Shown: positions 33,051-47,723 of the stretch, piece by piece
How positions within the stretch are numbered: the first letter of the stretch is position 1
How the letters are laid out: every line of letters starts with the position of its first letter
Program-made: the position numbers and the translations under genes
Source: Hydrolagus affinis
Taxonomy: Eukaryota
Reading direction: 5' to 3'
Length of the DNA stretch: 64,000 nt
Assembly (NCBI GenBank): GCA_012026655.1
Contig: JAAILG010000022.1
Span: 1-64,000 of the forward strand
The notes under the pieces: model-generated
What the model saw: the letters and a program-made list of their open reading frames with translations, nothing else
The model's database searches: none
What the model was told of the DNA's origin: nothing

Positions 33051-34011
33051 ATGGAAACTAAATATTGGAAATTTCTTCTGACAAGATCAAATTTGTCTCC
33101 CTTTGTCAAAACTCGCTGATCTACATCAGAGTTCTCTGGTAAGTATGAATCAGTTCCAGACTGCAAGCATAGATAACTTTGAAGAAATCTGTCTTTTTGT
33201 GTAGCCACTTGCTTTTGCTTCTGGATTTTTTGTATTGCATGTTGCTTTGATATCTCTCATTCTTTAGCACCAACTTCAAATATAAACTGCAATGTTAGGA
33301 ATCCTCTTTGCTCAATTGTCACTTCGGTAGATAAGGTATACACAGAAAGAGAAAACAACTATGTGGCTCTTTTTGTACAATTTTTTATTTCAATTTTCTA
33401 TATTTCTGTTTTGAGACATCCCACTGCCGTTATATGAAATGCAAGGATTATTATTGAATAATAATGATAATAATGTCCTCCCAACACAAAAAAAGTGGAT
33501 GTTCTTATTGCATTAAAATTCATTGGGTTTAACAATTCACAGTGGCATGAAAAATTGTATAAAGACAATATTGTTGTATTGAGAAGGAACTGGAACTTTT
33601 GTGCTGTTAACCACTATTATGGTTCATTTCCTCTTTAATCTTACAATACTGGGGAGTAAAGGTCTGTATTACTCTCTACACAGGATTGCTTTCTCTTTCT
33701 GTGTACCTTATCTACTGAAGTGAATACTTATCGAGCAAAAAGGATTCCAAGCATTGTAGATTATATTTGAAGTTGTTACTATAGAATGAGGGGTATCATG
33801 GTATTCCAAAACTAGATAGCAACAAGCAATTCATAAAATCCAGAAGGACAGCAAGTGGCCCCCTAAAAAGACAATTTCTTAAAAGTTATCTATGCTTGCA
33901 GTCTGATTCATACTTGCCAGAAAACCCTGATGTAGATCAGTGAGTTTTGACAAAGGAAAACAAATTTGATCTTGTCAGGAATAGCTCCTATTCTACTTAT
34001 TTAGTTTCCAT
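33051..34011. repeat. Long diverged inverted repeat (arms 33051-33358 and 33686-34011)
   Basis: Collinear reverse-complement blocks, e.g. ctgacaagatcaaatttg / caaatttgatcttgtcag and agactgcaagcatagataacttt / aaagttatctatgcttgcagtct. Confidence 0.9.
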
Positions 34012-34544
34012 CCTTTATCTTTACAATACTCGAAGAGTGATTGTTTTATACAGTCTTATAGTGCAGGTTGGCATGCTACTGCAAGATGTCACATGCTACT
34101 TAGTCATTTGGAGGAATAAAATAGACCATCTCTATTGGTGTCAAATTAAGGCACATACTTTAGAGAGGACGTAAAGGGTTCTCTATCGAAACAAAAGATA
34201 CTTCTTACTGTATATATTTCTAATATCCAATTGAAAAACACAACAGTTGTTTCAAGTACAAAGGGAGTTGATAGTTGCATTTGGAGGTGAATTCTTGTGG
34301 AGAAAAGAATACAGTGTATGTTTAGAAAAAGAGAATCAGCTCTGAAATTCAGGTTAAGGGTGTTTGTCGTTGACTAAAAGCTACTCTTACAGGCCACATT
34401 TGCGATTAAGACGATAAAAAGTGAAGGATCGATACATAATGTGACCAGATTAATTCCCAATAAACGTTTCACATCAATGTAGGCTATTTATGTAAAGCTT
34501 GTCTGTGGTACTCCAAAGCTTAAAAGAAAACATGACTCAATCAA

Positions 34545-34851
34545 ATCAATCAAATCTTACATTTATATAGTGCCTTTCACATTGAGAAGACGTCCTAAGG
34601 CACTGTACAGTTAAGTAGGGACAAGAGCAGGGTGGAGAGGGGTTGGGGCAGGATGAAGAAGAGTAGGAAAATTGACTGTATATTTGTGGGCGAAACGCGG
34701 CAGCCAAATTGTGCACAGCAGTGTCCCACAAACAGTCATGGAAGTGGGATTAAGGAAAAAAGGGGTGAAAGATGGCAAGGGGAGGGGTCGGGGTAGGGGG
34801 AAGGAGAGCAGGAAAGCCGACTATATACTTGTGGGCGAAACTCAACAGGAT
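34545..34851 (-). mobile_element. Chimeric L2-tail/Deu-segment retroelement (second copy)
   Basis: Same order of parts as 769-1110. Confidence 0.75.
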
Positions 34852-35076
34852 GTAGAATACAGGTTTGAAATGAAGCTGAAAGTGGTTACTTCTGGCCTTA
34901 AACATGATTTGAAATGAAAGAACAAGCTGGGTGGGCTAAACAGACTTCTGTTATTTCTATTTTCTAATGTTCTCCTCTAATTTATGCTGCATATCAGGCT
35001 GTGGCTTCATCAAATGGGTCAAAGGCAGTGATTCTCCACTAGTCAATATCTCGACAAGTGTAGAATAATCCATGCT

Positions 35077-35352
35077 AATAATAATAATCATCATCCTTGC
35101 ATTTGATACAGCGCTTTTCACGTCTTCTGGATGTCTCAAAGAACTTCATAGAATATACTGTAAAGTGAATTGACTGTATATATGTGGGTGAAATGCAGCA
35201 GCCAATTGCGCAAGCAGTGTCCCAGAAACAGTCATGGATTGAAATGACCAATGAGTAAGGAAACTTGCCCAAGGTTTCACCCGGCCTGGAATTGAACCCA
35301 GGTTTCTCGCTTGTAAGACAAGTGCTCTAACCACTGAGCTACAGGACTCCAC
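35077..35352 (-). mobile_element. tRNA-derived Deu-type SINE, internally deleted
   Basis: Head at 35283-35352 with A/B boxes; Deu segment; (TTA)n tail. Confidence 0.88.
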
Positions 35353-36207
35353 ACCTGCCAAGGTTGATAAATTTACCGCTGAGTGGAGATTCACCCCACC
35401 TGTTGTTAGATAATATACACAAAAGAAATGGCATGATTGATTTTCCAGGGTGTTCATCCCTGTGCTCAGTCCTTTTAAAGCTGCAAATTCCCATCAATCA
35501 ACAAGGAGCAGTTTAAAAGTTATGAATTAAAAGAATGACTTACCAAAAAGTTTGTAATGTGATCTATTGTGAAAAAAAATCTTTTCACGTTTCTGGGTGA
35601 GCTCAGGACCTCTGTTTACAAATTATGTTGGAATCAATTTAGCAGATTCATTGAGAATAATGGCCATCATCGAATCAATGACAGAATAACATGTAAATAC
35701 TGTGTATTTGGGTTCTTTTTATCGTCTGGAAAAATTACAATATTACTGTAGCAAATTGCATTGCAAGCATGATACAATGAGTTATTTTCTTAGCAATTAT
35801 AACTACTGTAGTTGAAAAAATAATATTATTGCACCCAGTATACTTTGGTGTTACTTTTTCTATATCTGTTTTTCAGACACTTTCCTACCTGAGAACAAAC
35901 AATAACATGACCTAATTGACTACCGATAAACTAATACTACGATTTGAATAAAGGTGGCAAATATATTCCATTTATGACAGTTCAGGTGTCACTGCACTAT
36001 ATTTATTACAACATAATTCAGGTGATCTTATTAATCCATGATTTCAATTGATGAATTGAGGTAAAAGATACCCTTGATGTAAATGATATTTGATTATATT
36101 GAAGACCAAACTGTATTGTGGCTATTGAATAAAAACTGTCCTGGACTGATATTTGGGTGATATTCACCACCCTTAACAAGCCCTTATTGATAAAGAGAAA
36201 ACATCTA

Positions 36208-36355
36208 ATATAATAATAATACAGTACTTGCATTTGATATAGTGCCATAACATGTCATTGAGGCTTCTCAAAGCACTTCACAGAATACATTGTAAAGTGG
36301 ATTGACTGTGTATTTTGTGGGTGAAATGCAGCACCAGTTGCATTTCAGTGTCGTG
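36208..36355 (-). mobile_element. Deu-type SINE 3' half
   Basis: Family match. Confidence 0.8.
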
Positions 36356-37344
36356 AATAGAGCGTCACAACTTTTTTTAAGGAAATATTACCCCCAAGTT
36401 CATAACCAATTTGAAAGCTTGATAGCCCATGAATATTAATCATTGTTTGTTATGTGTCAATCAGAATTTTTGATGCAGGTGATTCTTGACATTACTCTAT
36501 TATTGGTCTTGAATTACAATGCGGCATAAAAGTGCTATTTAATGTTAATAAATATTCAACAACTTCTTAAACTTTGCTGACTTCTTGACAGCTATAGCAA
36601 TCTATGTGAATATTCATATTACTACAGATGAATGATGCTAAAGGGGTTTGGTGACACCTATTCTCTATCAAAATGATTCTCAGCTGTATGCTATCAGTAC
36701 AAGCTGTGTGGTCAATTGGCATTGAAAGCATTTGGCATTTTTTTTTGAAGAAACCCAAGTCATACGGTAACTCATTCCGAACTACATTTTTATTAATTCC
36801 ATACTTGATGAATTGGAGCACTGGGACTTTGAACTGTATTCTATAAACATCGGTGAGGAAATATGGGCAACCCATAGACTTGCAATCAATTCTAAGAAAA
36901 ATGATTCATTATAAGTACCGGACATGTTTGTTGTAAAAAGAAGTATTGGAAAAGTTCAAAAACGACATTTCTTTATTGCCTTCAAATTTGGTCTTTGTGT
37001 CTTTTTAATCCTTTAAAGAAATGGATTAAATAAATACAATTACCCGAATTAAAATATATCCACTTTACATCACCTTTAAATAAATTTTGAAAAAAAATCC
37101 CCTTACTGACCATAGTAGAGTAAGGGAAATACACATATTTATCTGTGCAGTTTCAATAGTCACAGTGTGCATTCTGGAGGCAGCAGCATTACTTCATGCA
37201 TACACTACCATTAAATCATGACAATTTCTATATATATCACCATTTTTATGCAGCCCTTGTCCCGGTGATCAGATAGGTACTCGATTCTACATGTGAGAAT
37301 AGCAAAAATAGTAGCACACTATTGTGAATGATATCTCACTTAAA

Positions 37345-37590
37345 AATAATAATAATTGTTGCATTAGATATAGGCCCTTTCATGTCTTCGAGACATCTCA
37401 AAGCGCTTCAAGGAATATACTGTAAAGTGAATTGACTGTAATTTGTGGGTGGGTGAAACACGGCAGCCAATTGTGCACAGCAGTGTCCTACAAACAGTCA
37501 TGGATTGAAGTGACCAATTTATTATTATTTTTCTTGAGGGATTACTATCAAGTGTGTGGAGTAAGGAAACTTGCCCAGGGTTTTGCCCTG
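37345..37590 (-). mobile_element. Deu-type SINE, 5'-truncated
   Basis: Family match. Confidence 0.85.
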
Positions 37591-40500
37591 ATGGGAGTGC
37601 TCGCTGATTAATGTTCACTGAAACTTCACAGTTGTGGCAGCTACTCCACAGTCAGATGTAAGAATGCTGCATTTGAGGTCATTCTGCTTTCTCCACATCT
37701 GGAAGCAGATCCAGAGTCCTACAGCGGCTATATAGTAAATGCAGGGATCTGCATTGTAATTGGTACATATGGACTGTTAACCTTAACATTTACCTGATGT
37801 GTACTGTACATACATGTCACCAATTTACCGCATGTCATTTCAGCACAGATGGACTTTGTTCTTTCAGCTCAACAATTAATCTTTATTGTCTTTTTGAAAT
37901 TACAGATGACACACAGTGTGTATATTTCCGTCGACATATAAACAAAACAGTTGTGTAAAGAAAATTCCACAAGAACATGAGCATCAAACAAAATGTAAAG
38001 TCCTTTAAAAAAATGTATTCTGTTTCCAGAAGTATTACAAATCAATCATCATATAAAAGGGAAGTTTTGTATACATCAAACTGGCTCATTAAAATAGGAC
38101 AGATGTTCACAACTAAATTATGCTCAACATTAAAATGCTCATAGCTATAATTCAAATAGATTTTTTTGACATTTGTAGTTCATTTGTACTTTATAATATA
38201 AATATTATAAAATTAATAATTGTAACAATATTTTGCCACTGGCATTACAATTTCATGTATAAATTTGTCTTTCTGTACTATATATCAATGCCACATATTG
38301 TAGAAAAATGCTTGACCTTGATTGTAGAAAAATGCTGTACAATCAATTTGAATCGCATTAGCACTTTCTTTAGAATCTTTTATAGATTTGTGTTATCTAA
38401 ACTACAGGTACATTGTTAGGTATTTGGTATTTTCCATTTCCAAGTGATTGATATTTTATTGCAATCATCTCTATGGCATTTCAACACTGGCATTTCTCCA
38501 ATCAGCCTTCAGGTAATGGACAGGTCAATTTAAATGTGTAAAACTACCATGCTATTGACCATGGAAAATTACAGTTGGAATCCTGCGCTTCTTATAGCGA
38601 GATGGTTACAATGATTTTACCATGGCAGGTAAGTGTAACTGTTGGTGAGCTCAAAGGTCACTTAGCAATAACTGTGCCCTACAGTTAACACGCAGGTGGC
38701 AGAAATAAAAATGCCGTTTTACCTGGAACCGTTTGTACAAAGGGGATATTGGTAAGGGGATATTTCTTTCAACTTTGCCTGGGAAAAATAAGAAATATAG
38801 AATTAATCTGAATTTGGTTATATATTTTGATCAAATCTTAATATTATATGACACATAATTGTTGAAGCTGATTTTTTATATAATCAAGGAAATATCTTAA
38901 CTGATTGCCTAACCAGGTCTGAAGAAGAAAGTAAAAATATCCCTCCCCCCAAAAAAATAAGGATACCACAATATAATGTTAACATCTTGTTTCAGTCTTT
39001 AGTTCTAATATGCAGCTGTCATTTGAGTTTTGATGGAATTATGTTTAATCTTGTTTAAAGTAAGACAGTGCAGAGTTGTAGTAAGGTTGATCAAGTGTAA
39101 GTGGTGAAACCACTAGATAAACTAGGGTTCTTCTGCCTCATAAAATATGTATATACCCTTCATAGGTCATACAAGACAAGAAACATAAGACACAGTACAC
39201 GATGAATAGTACAATATGGAGCATTGTACGGTTGAAGAATATTATTATATTCTCTTCTTTTATTTTCTTTACTTTGACCTATACCTTCGTTTTCACCTAA
39301 TGTAAAAATGAGGAATGTAACATCACTCATCTTAAAAACCTCATATCAGCAGGTTTGCTCAGTTGGACATGAGAAAAAAGATCACTATAATGGTAAGTAG
39401 CCTTTTAGCCTAACTCCAGTCACAAGAAATGTGGATTTGTCCTTCAATTCTTGTGCTTCATGGTAAAAATGTGCAGTTCAAGGGTGTGGGCCACCTGGTG
39501 GTAAATGTATTTTTTTTAAAGTTTTCTAATTTTAGAATAGAAGACTATTAGACCACAAAAGTTTAAAGAGATCATCCCTTTAATGATTACTAAAAACTCA
39601 ATCTCCAGGAGAGAAGACACTTTGCTGATTGCCAAGTGGACATCATTACTCAGTTGATGAAACTCATGGCAAAATGGCAGTTTGTATGCTATGCAGTTTA
39701 CCAGTTTGTTCACTATGTTTCATGCAATCAATCGTGCCCTTGTTTCTACCCTGGATTATTCACAGACACCGAAGGCTAAAAGGTTCATAGTTCTGATTAA
39801 GACACAACATTCAAAAATAATTTTTAGTCCAGAAATATTACTTTGCTTGTAAAGTTATTTCCTTTTGCATTTCCATCGCACAAAACAAGTGGGGAGCAAA
39901 TGAAAAGGAAGTGTAAGAGATATATTATGTGCATCCCGCATAGCAACCAACAGACTGAAATAATCTTTAAATATCTCCCAAACAACTCTTTTACATTTGT
40001 TTCCTGTGCGGAATAAATTGACTGAATTTTTCAGGCTGCCCACTTTCTTCTATATCTTTTTCATGCACTTGTTTATTCTATGTTTCTATACTGATTATTT
40101 ATTTTCCTATAATTGCATCCTGTCAGACGTCCTGCCAGAGTGAACTGCTGAAAAATAAAATAAAGGTGCTATCAACTGTGTATCAGTTCCTCTTCCTCAT
40201 ACAAAGAAATAACACATGAGACTTGCTAATGTAATTTGTACTGCTTTCATCCAACGGCATATTTTGCATTGAAAAATGATTGACAGTAGACCAGAGCTCT
40301 AAAACCCTCTTGATCTATAGGATTCCTGAAGAGACATATGTGCTCGTATCTAAGTGTTGAACCCTCGGATAAGGTTCAATAAGAAGTTAAAGTTAGCCTT
40401 TTAATTATAAAAGTATTGCAACACAATTATCCATCAACTCGTTATTTTTGTTATTGAACTGTTACTAACAATTTCAGGCAAACCACAAACTAAGGAAATG

Positions 40501-43500
40501 AACACACATCAGATTTAAAACACAGAACAACTTGTAAATCAAGTTGTGTCACATCTGAGCATTGTCTTTAAAACCCTAGTTATGTTTGTTTATTAAAAAG
40601 ATATTGGAATTACTTTACAAAACAAAGCCTTGTTCAATTTTCATTACCTCTAAATATAATAGCAACTTAGTCTGTTAAAGCTTTGAAGGAAGATTAACCC
40701 CAATGTCATGGTTGAATCGTAAACAATGAACAAAAATAGGAAGCGAAGGAGAATTTTATTTTTTTCAGAATTGGCAATGTGGAATCAACTACCAACATAG
40801 GAACAAGGAACCACAAAGAATTTGGAAATCAAATAGAAAATAATTGTCAAAGTTGGAATTTGGAAAACAAAATAGAAAATAAAAATGTCAAAGTAAGTTA
40901 AATGGGTCAGCTGAATGGCCCAAAGCTCCTGTCTAATACTGTTACTAGATTATCATGTTTCAGGTGATGTTTTCCTGAAGCACTTGTTCCTTCTTGAAGC
41001 ATTCTGTATCAGGAATCATCTAACCTTGATTAATGCCTTCCTAGATAGGTCCTTGGGTAATGCTTCCTTGAACTACCAGACATCAGGTTAAAGATTTCTG
41101 CACTTGTCATCCTGGGAGGAGTTTCCGGGTGTATCAATCAATAAGGTATCTATTAGTCTTTTCAGCAAATACAATCCATCATCAAAAGAATCTGCATCTT
41201 AGAAGCATTATAGGTAGGGAGTCAGCAGTGTATTTTAAAATATATCAATCTATTTCATTGTACATCCACAAATCATTTAAAATATAACCTCTATTTGTCA
41301 CCAAAAATTGACACATTTTCACATGCCAAAGTGAGGCTGGTGAAAGAAGAGCAATTACTAGGTGAGTTTCATTCCTGCATGATTTCAGATGATTTGGCAT
41401 TTAGTCAACACAAAACCTCTCAGCTTTGGCCATACCTCAGGATCACTACATATGTTTGTTACACTACCTGCAGAAAACATTTTTTTTTAGTTGCTGTTAA
41501 GTGGGCAAAAGTACTGTTTTGAATTTTGTGTTTACTCTGCTGTTAAATCAAGGACTGTACAGTCAACGCCTTCCAAGTTGTTTCCACAGATCACAAGAAA
41601 TGTATTGGTTGACTTATAGCTTCTGATATTTGTTCACAATCAATTGTCGTTCTTTATTAGTATCACAGAGAAATAAAGATTTAGGGTTAATGGCCAATAT
41701 CACTGTCAGTGATTTGGAAATTTTTGAGCTAGCATTTCAGGTAATTGCATAAGATTTGTTGACTAAATAGTCCTGCTATTTATTTCATCAAAGCAAAAAA
41801 GCTACTGATATTAACTGTGCAAAATATTATTGTATCCCACAAATTGGCATACTCAGTAATTTACCGTTTAAAGACATTGAAATTCATTGTTGTGATTTCA
41901 TCAAAATACCTTCCATTGGAATGCACAACGCGATACAATACAGTATTGCATTTTGACGCAAGGAAAATTCGCTAGGAAGCAATGATTTATTAAAGATAAT
42001 TATCTTGTATTCAAATTACCACAAAATGCATAAAACCACAGTTTTTACACTCTATCCTAATTAGGCTCTGGTCTAGACCTGGTTGATGTGAACCATTTGA
42101 TATTGTTTAAATGTTCGTGAACACATTTCATTATTACTTCCAAGTATTCAACATTTAACTTGGATTCAGGCTGTAATTCCACGCATCAATGAAAATTTTG
42201 CTTATGCTGGTTTGAGCCATAATAAAAACCTGCAGGAATCATAATAAACGTGTGAAAGGAAACCTCTGTAGTTTCTGTAATCTTTATGTGTCAAATTTGT
42301 TTCAATTTCTCCACATTATTTCTTGCTGACAAGGAAACAATAAACTAAGAAAACATAATTCGTACATCAGGCATGGACAAGTTTCACACCACAAGGCCAT
42401 TCAGACAGAGAGTGTTACATGATGAATGAATTTCTTTGCTGTCCAGTGTAGAGCTGTAGCCGCGACTAAATGAAAATATGCTGATGGCACTTGGTTTTCA
42501 GCAGCTTGTTGATGGGTTTTCAAGCGTTTCATTTTGGCATGCTACTAAAGGTGCCAATGTGTTTCAATAATGACAGAGGTCCTCTATTTGGAGTGTTGGA
42601 CAACCAGCCATTCAACATTGATATAACCAGTTATTCAACATTAAATCTTGTACAATGACCAGTAGACCATTACTATTAGATATTCAAATGCTTCTTACAA
42701 TTCCATTAGAAGTAACTTATTTCATGGGAAATCAGTTGAAATGATTTGATTTGTCACTTTAATAAGGGGGAAATGATCCAGCAAATAAATATGGCTTCTA
42801 GAACACTTGCAGTAAAAGGCAGAAACTGGTAACTAAGAGATGTATAAAACATGCTAAACTAAGCAGTTTGTTTCTGTGACTCAGTACCTTAAATTGAATG
42901 GTGCTTTTTGGAAATTAAACAATAACTGAATGGAAAGCTAACCAAAAATGTCACTCAATTAAAGTGCAAAATAGTTAACCATATTTCAAGACTGTTACAA
43001 ATATGAGACTGTGGAAAGCATAGCAATTATTTAAAACCTATAGCTAGTAATGTAGTTTGTTAGACAAGAGTAATTGTGGGGTTGGGGGAGAGGAGGGGAG
43101 GAAAAGATAAAGCTGCTTGTTCTTCTGCCTCAAATGATTTCTCTGCCAGATAATAGATGATCACAGATGTCCACGGTCTTCTGATTGAGGGTTCACTGTG
43201 TCCTCTGATTGTTGTAACTTTGGTACTTTTTAAAAAACAAACAAATCTTATTTGTAGAATTCTTGATGTTTCTGTGAATGCTTGCTTTCCATAATGTGGT
43301 ACTCAGCCTTATAACACAGGGGTTTAATTACAGGTCAGAAGTTAACAAATTCAGTAAATTTTATTCAAATAGTGGTGAGAACACTACAATGATGTTGTAT
43401 CTTGATGTTCATATGAAAGAGTGGGAGAAAAACAAACATCCCAATCTTGGTGCTATCTTATGGTGTACTCTCTATTATGGTAGAAGGCATTACTGTATAT

Positions 43501-44516
43501 TTCTCTATCCAAAGTGCCTTCATAGCTGCAATTTTTACATATTTTTTCTCCATGGCCTTTAAGAAAACTTCACTGGTTCTTTTTGGTGAACATGAATTTC
43601 ATGTTGGAAAGTGAAGAGAAGGGAATATAAGGAACAGCAATAAGCTTATTTGTCAATAGGAATACCTGATATTTCACCTCCTTTAATATCCCACAACAGG
43701 GACACAGCCATTGATGACTTAAGGAATTCCTTGTCTTAAATGGCTTAAGTGGGGACATATTCCATTTCTCAGTTTTGACATTCCTTTGGCACTATCACAC
43801 AAAATTCATTAAAACAATAAATAAATATGTTAGCCACCAGCACTGAAGCAATTACCAGTTATTTGATTTTTGCGTGGTTGCCAATGACAAGGCAAATGAA
43901 GTCGTCAGCCCAACTGATGTGAGTGAGGCTTTACCTCAGGTTGTTTATACATGGTCTATTAAAGTTAGGAAACACACTGAAATAATTAGAGGCCCAGTGC
44001 AAGGAATGATGCTAAATGTATTGCAGTCAATGCAAGTTTTCACTTTAAACACTATAAGAAATATTGTTATAATCTTAAGATATTAAATTTAAATCTTGTG
44101 CAAGCTTCTGTTTGTGAAACCCGTACTGTAAGTTAGTGCAAGTAACTACAGTGTAACAATATATTTAGTATTAAATGCAACAATATATATTTCCTATACA
44201 ACTAAGAATCACTTGGATATCCAAATAGAATAAATGGTCATTGTCAACTTCTTAAAATCCCTCAGAAACCTAACTGTAAATAAAAGCTTATTTATTTTGA
44301 AACTATCAGCAATCCATGAAACTGAAAATAAATCATTGTAAATGATTTATTATAATTGAAAAATATAAATACTTCAAAATATAAACCTTAATGGTTTAAT
44401 GCAACTATAACATTGGGGGATGGAAATACATTTCCCCTTTCAATATATCCAATTTATTCCAGCCAAATTCTAGATTGATGTATATGCATATGGATTACAC
44501 ATCTTTAAAAGACCAC

Positions 44517-44670
44517 ATTAATAATCCTTACATTTGATATAGCACTTTTCACATCTTCTAGACATCTCAAAGCGCTTCACAGATTTTACTGTAAAGTGAA
44601 TTGACTGTATATTTGTGGGTGAAATGTGGCAGCCAATTGGACACAGCAGTGTCTCACAAACAGTCCCACA
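44517..44670 (-). mobile_element. Deu-type SINE 3' half
   Basis: Family match. Confidence 0.85.
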
Positions 44671-45229
44671 ACATTGTTAAGCCTTTCACTTCCAAATTTA
44701 CAGATCAAGTAATTTTGGTGGAGATGTTTAGGCCTTGAGCATTACATCTCAAGTGTCATCTTCAGTGGAGGACTTCATGCTAAGGTGTCCCCAGGTTTTC
44801 TATTAAACAGTTTATTTATTTAGTAGTTCAAATGTCACATGGTAACATTTTTCTTCCTTATTCAAGTAATCACCTTGGTTAAAAAAACACATGAGCACAA
44901 ATTAATTTGACCCTTTTAAGGGAATTTCTCCTCATGTTGAATTCAACGCTCTCTCCTGTTTGTTTAGAGACATTACTTATTTCCTTGATACATTATATTA
45001 AGATGATCTGACTCAGTAAGTTAGTGAAAAGGAAAGAAACATCAATTCTCCGCACTGCTGCTGAAACCCTTGTCTTTGTGACAGCATTAGAGACGTCTCC
45101 AATTCTCTCCTCATTCACCTCCAAAGCTCCACCCTTCACAAACTTCAACTCAACCAGACACTATGACTCAAAACCTGTCACACACAAGTATCTGCATTCC
45201 TATTTCTTTCCTTCCTTCCACACCCCCCA

Positions 45230-45575
45230 CCTAATGGTCCATGCCAAGACACACTAGGCCCCTGTGTCTCAGTATCTTGATCTAAAGATCACCATCCTTG
45301 TTTTCAAATTTCCCTTGTTCCACCTTATCTGTCCGATCTCCTGCAGCCCAGAATCCAGCTCACATTCCTTGCTTATTTAAGTGCATCAACGGATGCCAAG
45401 CCTTCACCCACTACACACTGTCCTCAGTAGCTCACATTCAAAACCACTTTACCTTGCTCTCTGGCTCTCTAGTTTTTAAAACTTTCTAAAGATCCATCTT
45501 CCAGCACCTATAGATTCCACCACTTATTCAGTTCTATGGCTCTCAGTGTTAAGCACATTAAAGCAAGTTGTTGTA
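45230..45575 (+). mobile_element. Old L2 fragment
   Basis: Translates in pieces to DLKITILVFK and PYLSDLLQP, typical of the L2 ORF2 end. Confidence 0.55.
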
Positions 45576-46942
45576 CTTCTGTATTATCACTTAACATACT
45601 ACTTAAGACAGATATACTGTACTACCATTTGGTTTTACCCTATCCCATGAATGAATGTGTTCATACAATGCATGCCTACTAGCTTTCATGCTTTTTATGT
45701 CAAATTATTTCTTACCTGGATGATCATGTACAATTACAACATCTTTCAATATACATATTTATTGTAATGCTGGCTACTTCTAAACATTTTACTCACTAAA
45801 ACAGTCTTGAAACATGTTTGGCATTTTATAAATTTGGAAATGTTGGGTTGTACTGTTTGCATACAACTGCAATAAAATGTTATTATAATAATAAATAAAT
45901 ATCCTCATAGTTGATTTAGCACCTTTTCACGTCTTCGAGACATCTCATTTACTTTTCACTGAGTTGTGACCACTCAATTTCGCTGACATTTTCCTCCAAT
46001 ATGTGATAATGTTTTTAAATTAGAAATATGTAATTCCAAAACACAATAGGTAGGGTCATTATCTTTTCCTCTCGTTTACTGGCATCATACATACTCCTTC
46101 TGCGTGCAAATCTCAATACTTTTTTCATTAAGCCTCTTGATGCCAATTTATCTTGCTCATTATTGAGGACCAGAACACAATATACACTCACCAGACACAT
46201 TGTTTTCAAGCACAGTGGTTAGTCAATTTCATTGCCTGAAATTGTTTTATTCTTTTTGGGGCTCAGTCATGTCTTAGTACAAAAGTGAATGAAACAGTTG
46301 TAATTTGTTCTCTTTTGAGCTGCTTCAGGTGGAATGTCAGGGCTGCTCCCATCACCTTCCTATTGTTTCCTGTTATTTTTATAACTCTGTACTTGAGCTC
46401 ACTGTCATCACCTCCATGCTGTCTCTTTTGGAGCTGAGGTCCGACTTGTACAAATATTTTCTTTCCTTTCACATTTTGTCTTCTTCTGTACACCCTGCAC
46501 CCTGTCTACTCTACAGTACATTAGTGCACTAAGCAAACGTAAAAGGTTTATCTGCTAACAAAATGTTGGCTTGTTCTCTTCCAAACCTAAGGTAAACCAT
46601 GCCCATAAAACAGTCAGACTCTTGTAGACTACATCATAAATATTAGCACCAATAAACTCTAGGATGCAATAACAAATAATCGGTTGCAAAACTAAACAAA
46701 TACTTCATAAACTTTATTTCCATTATTTCTATTAAAGAGAAAGGAAGGATAATTAGAGATTTTTGAATGAGTCTAACGTTTATTCCACTGAAAGTGATAA
46801 ACAATTAGCATTGAATGTGTTGTTCCACAGACGAAGGATGGCAATAATAACTAAAAGTACAATATAATGCTTGTCATCAATGAATCATACCACTCTGGGA
46901 CATTTAACACTCAAAACCCAAAAGACAGTGTTTTGTAGATCA

Positions 46943-47363
46943 ATGGAATCCTGTAGATTAGTGATTAGAGTTCTCGCCTCGCAAGCAAGAGGACCTGGTT
47001 TCCATTCAGGGCCAACTGGGAGGGCCAACAGGGCCAACTGGCAGGGCCAACTGTTGGAAAAACTTCCTTACTCCTCACACCTCCGTTTACCTAGCAATAA
47101 ATAGGAAGCCAGTTGTTAGTCGATTGATGGATCGCTTTTCTGGGGCTAATAATCCAATTAAAAATAATTTGATCACTCAAGAAAACAGGAACAGCAAAGG
47201 TACAACTGTTTGTGGAACAGTGCTGTGTGCAATTGGCTGCTTCTGCTGCATTTGGCCCACAAAATATACAATCAATTCACTTTACAATATATTCTATTAA
47301 GCGCTTTGAGATGTCTCAAAGACATATTAAGGCGCTATATCAAATGGAAGGATTAATATTATT
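46943..47363 (+). mobile_element. Full-length tRNA-derived Deu-type SINE
   Basis: Head, body, Deu segment and tail present; internal gggccaac triplication. Confidence 0.85.
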
Positions 47364-47599
47364 AATGAATAGAAAAACTGACATTTTATTACAGGTCATA
47401 GTAAATTTCCTTAATGCTACAACAATATTAATTGGAGTTAATTCTTTAACTCTGGTAATTGTTTCTCCAGTAGTGAAAAGAACTACTGCAGGAATGAAAA
47501 TATTTCATGGAAAATTGTATTTTTTAAATGGTTTCTATCCACAATATTTACAAACGATGTTTAATATTTCAAATACGGATCAAATAGTTTTCCTTTAGG

Positions 47600-47723
47600 A
47601 AATAATATTAGGATGTAGTAAATAGATAGTTTGGGATATATGTGAATGCGACCCCCAGGAAGGTGGAACATAAACTGGATGGACCTTGGTCTTTTTTCAT
47701 CTAGCATTTCATATGTTCTATGT
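47600..47723 (+). mobile_element. CR1-type 3' tail
   Basis: actggatggaccttggtctttttcatc...tatgttctatgt. Confidence 0.6.

Noticed and set aside
35283-35352. tRNA-like sequences (also at 5275-5335, 24915, 46943, 52596, 54750)
   Set aside because: They are SINE heads contiguous with SINE bodies. The anticodon position varies among copies (CGC/TGC/TAC), consistent with CpG decay, and the acceptor stems are poor.
36567-36875. 102-aa minus-strand ORF
   Set aside because: No identifiable domain or splice support
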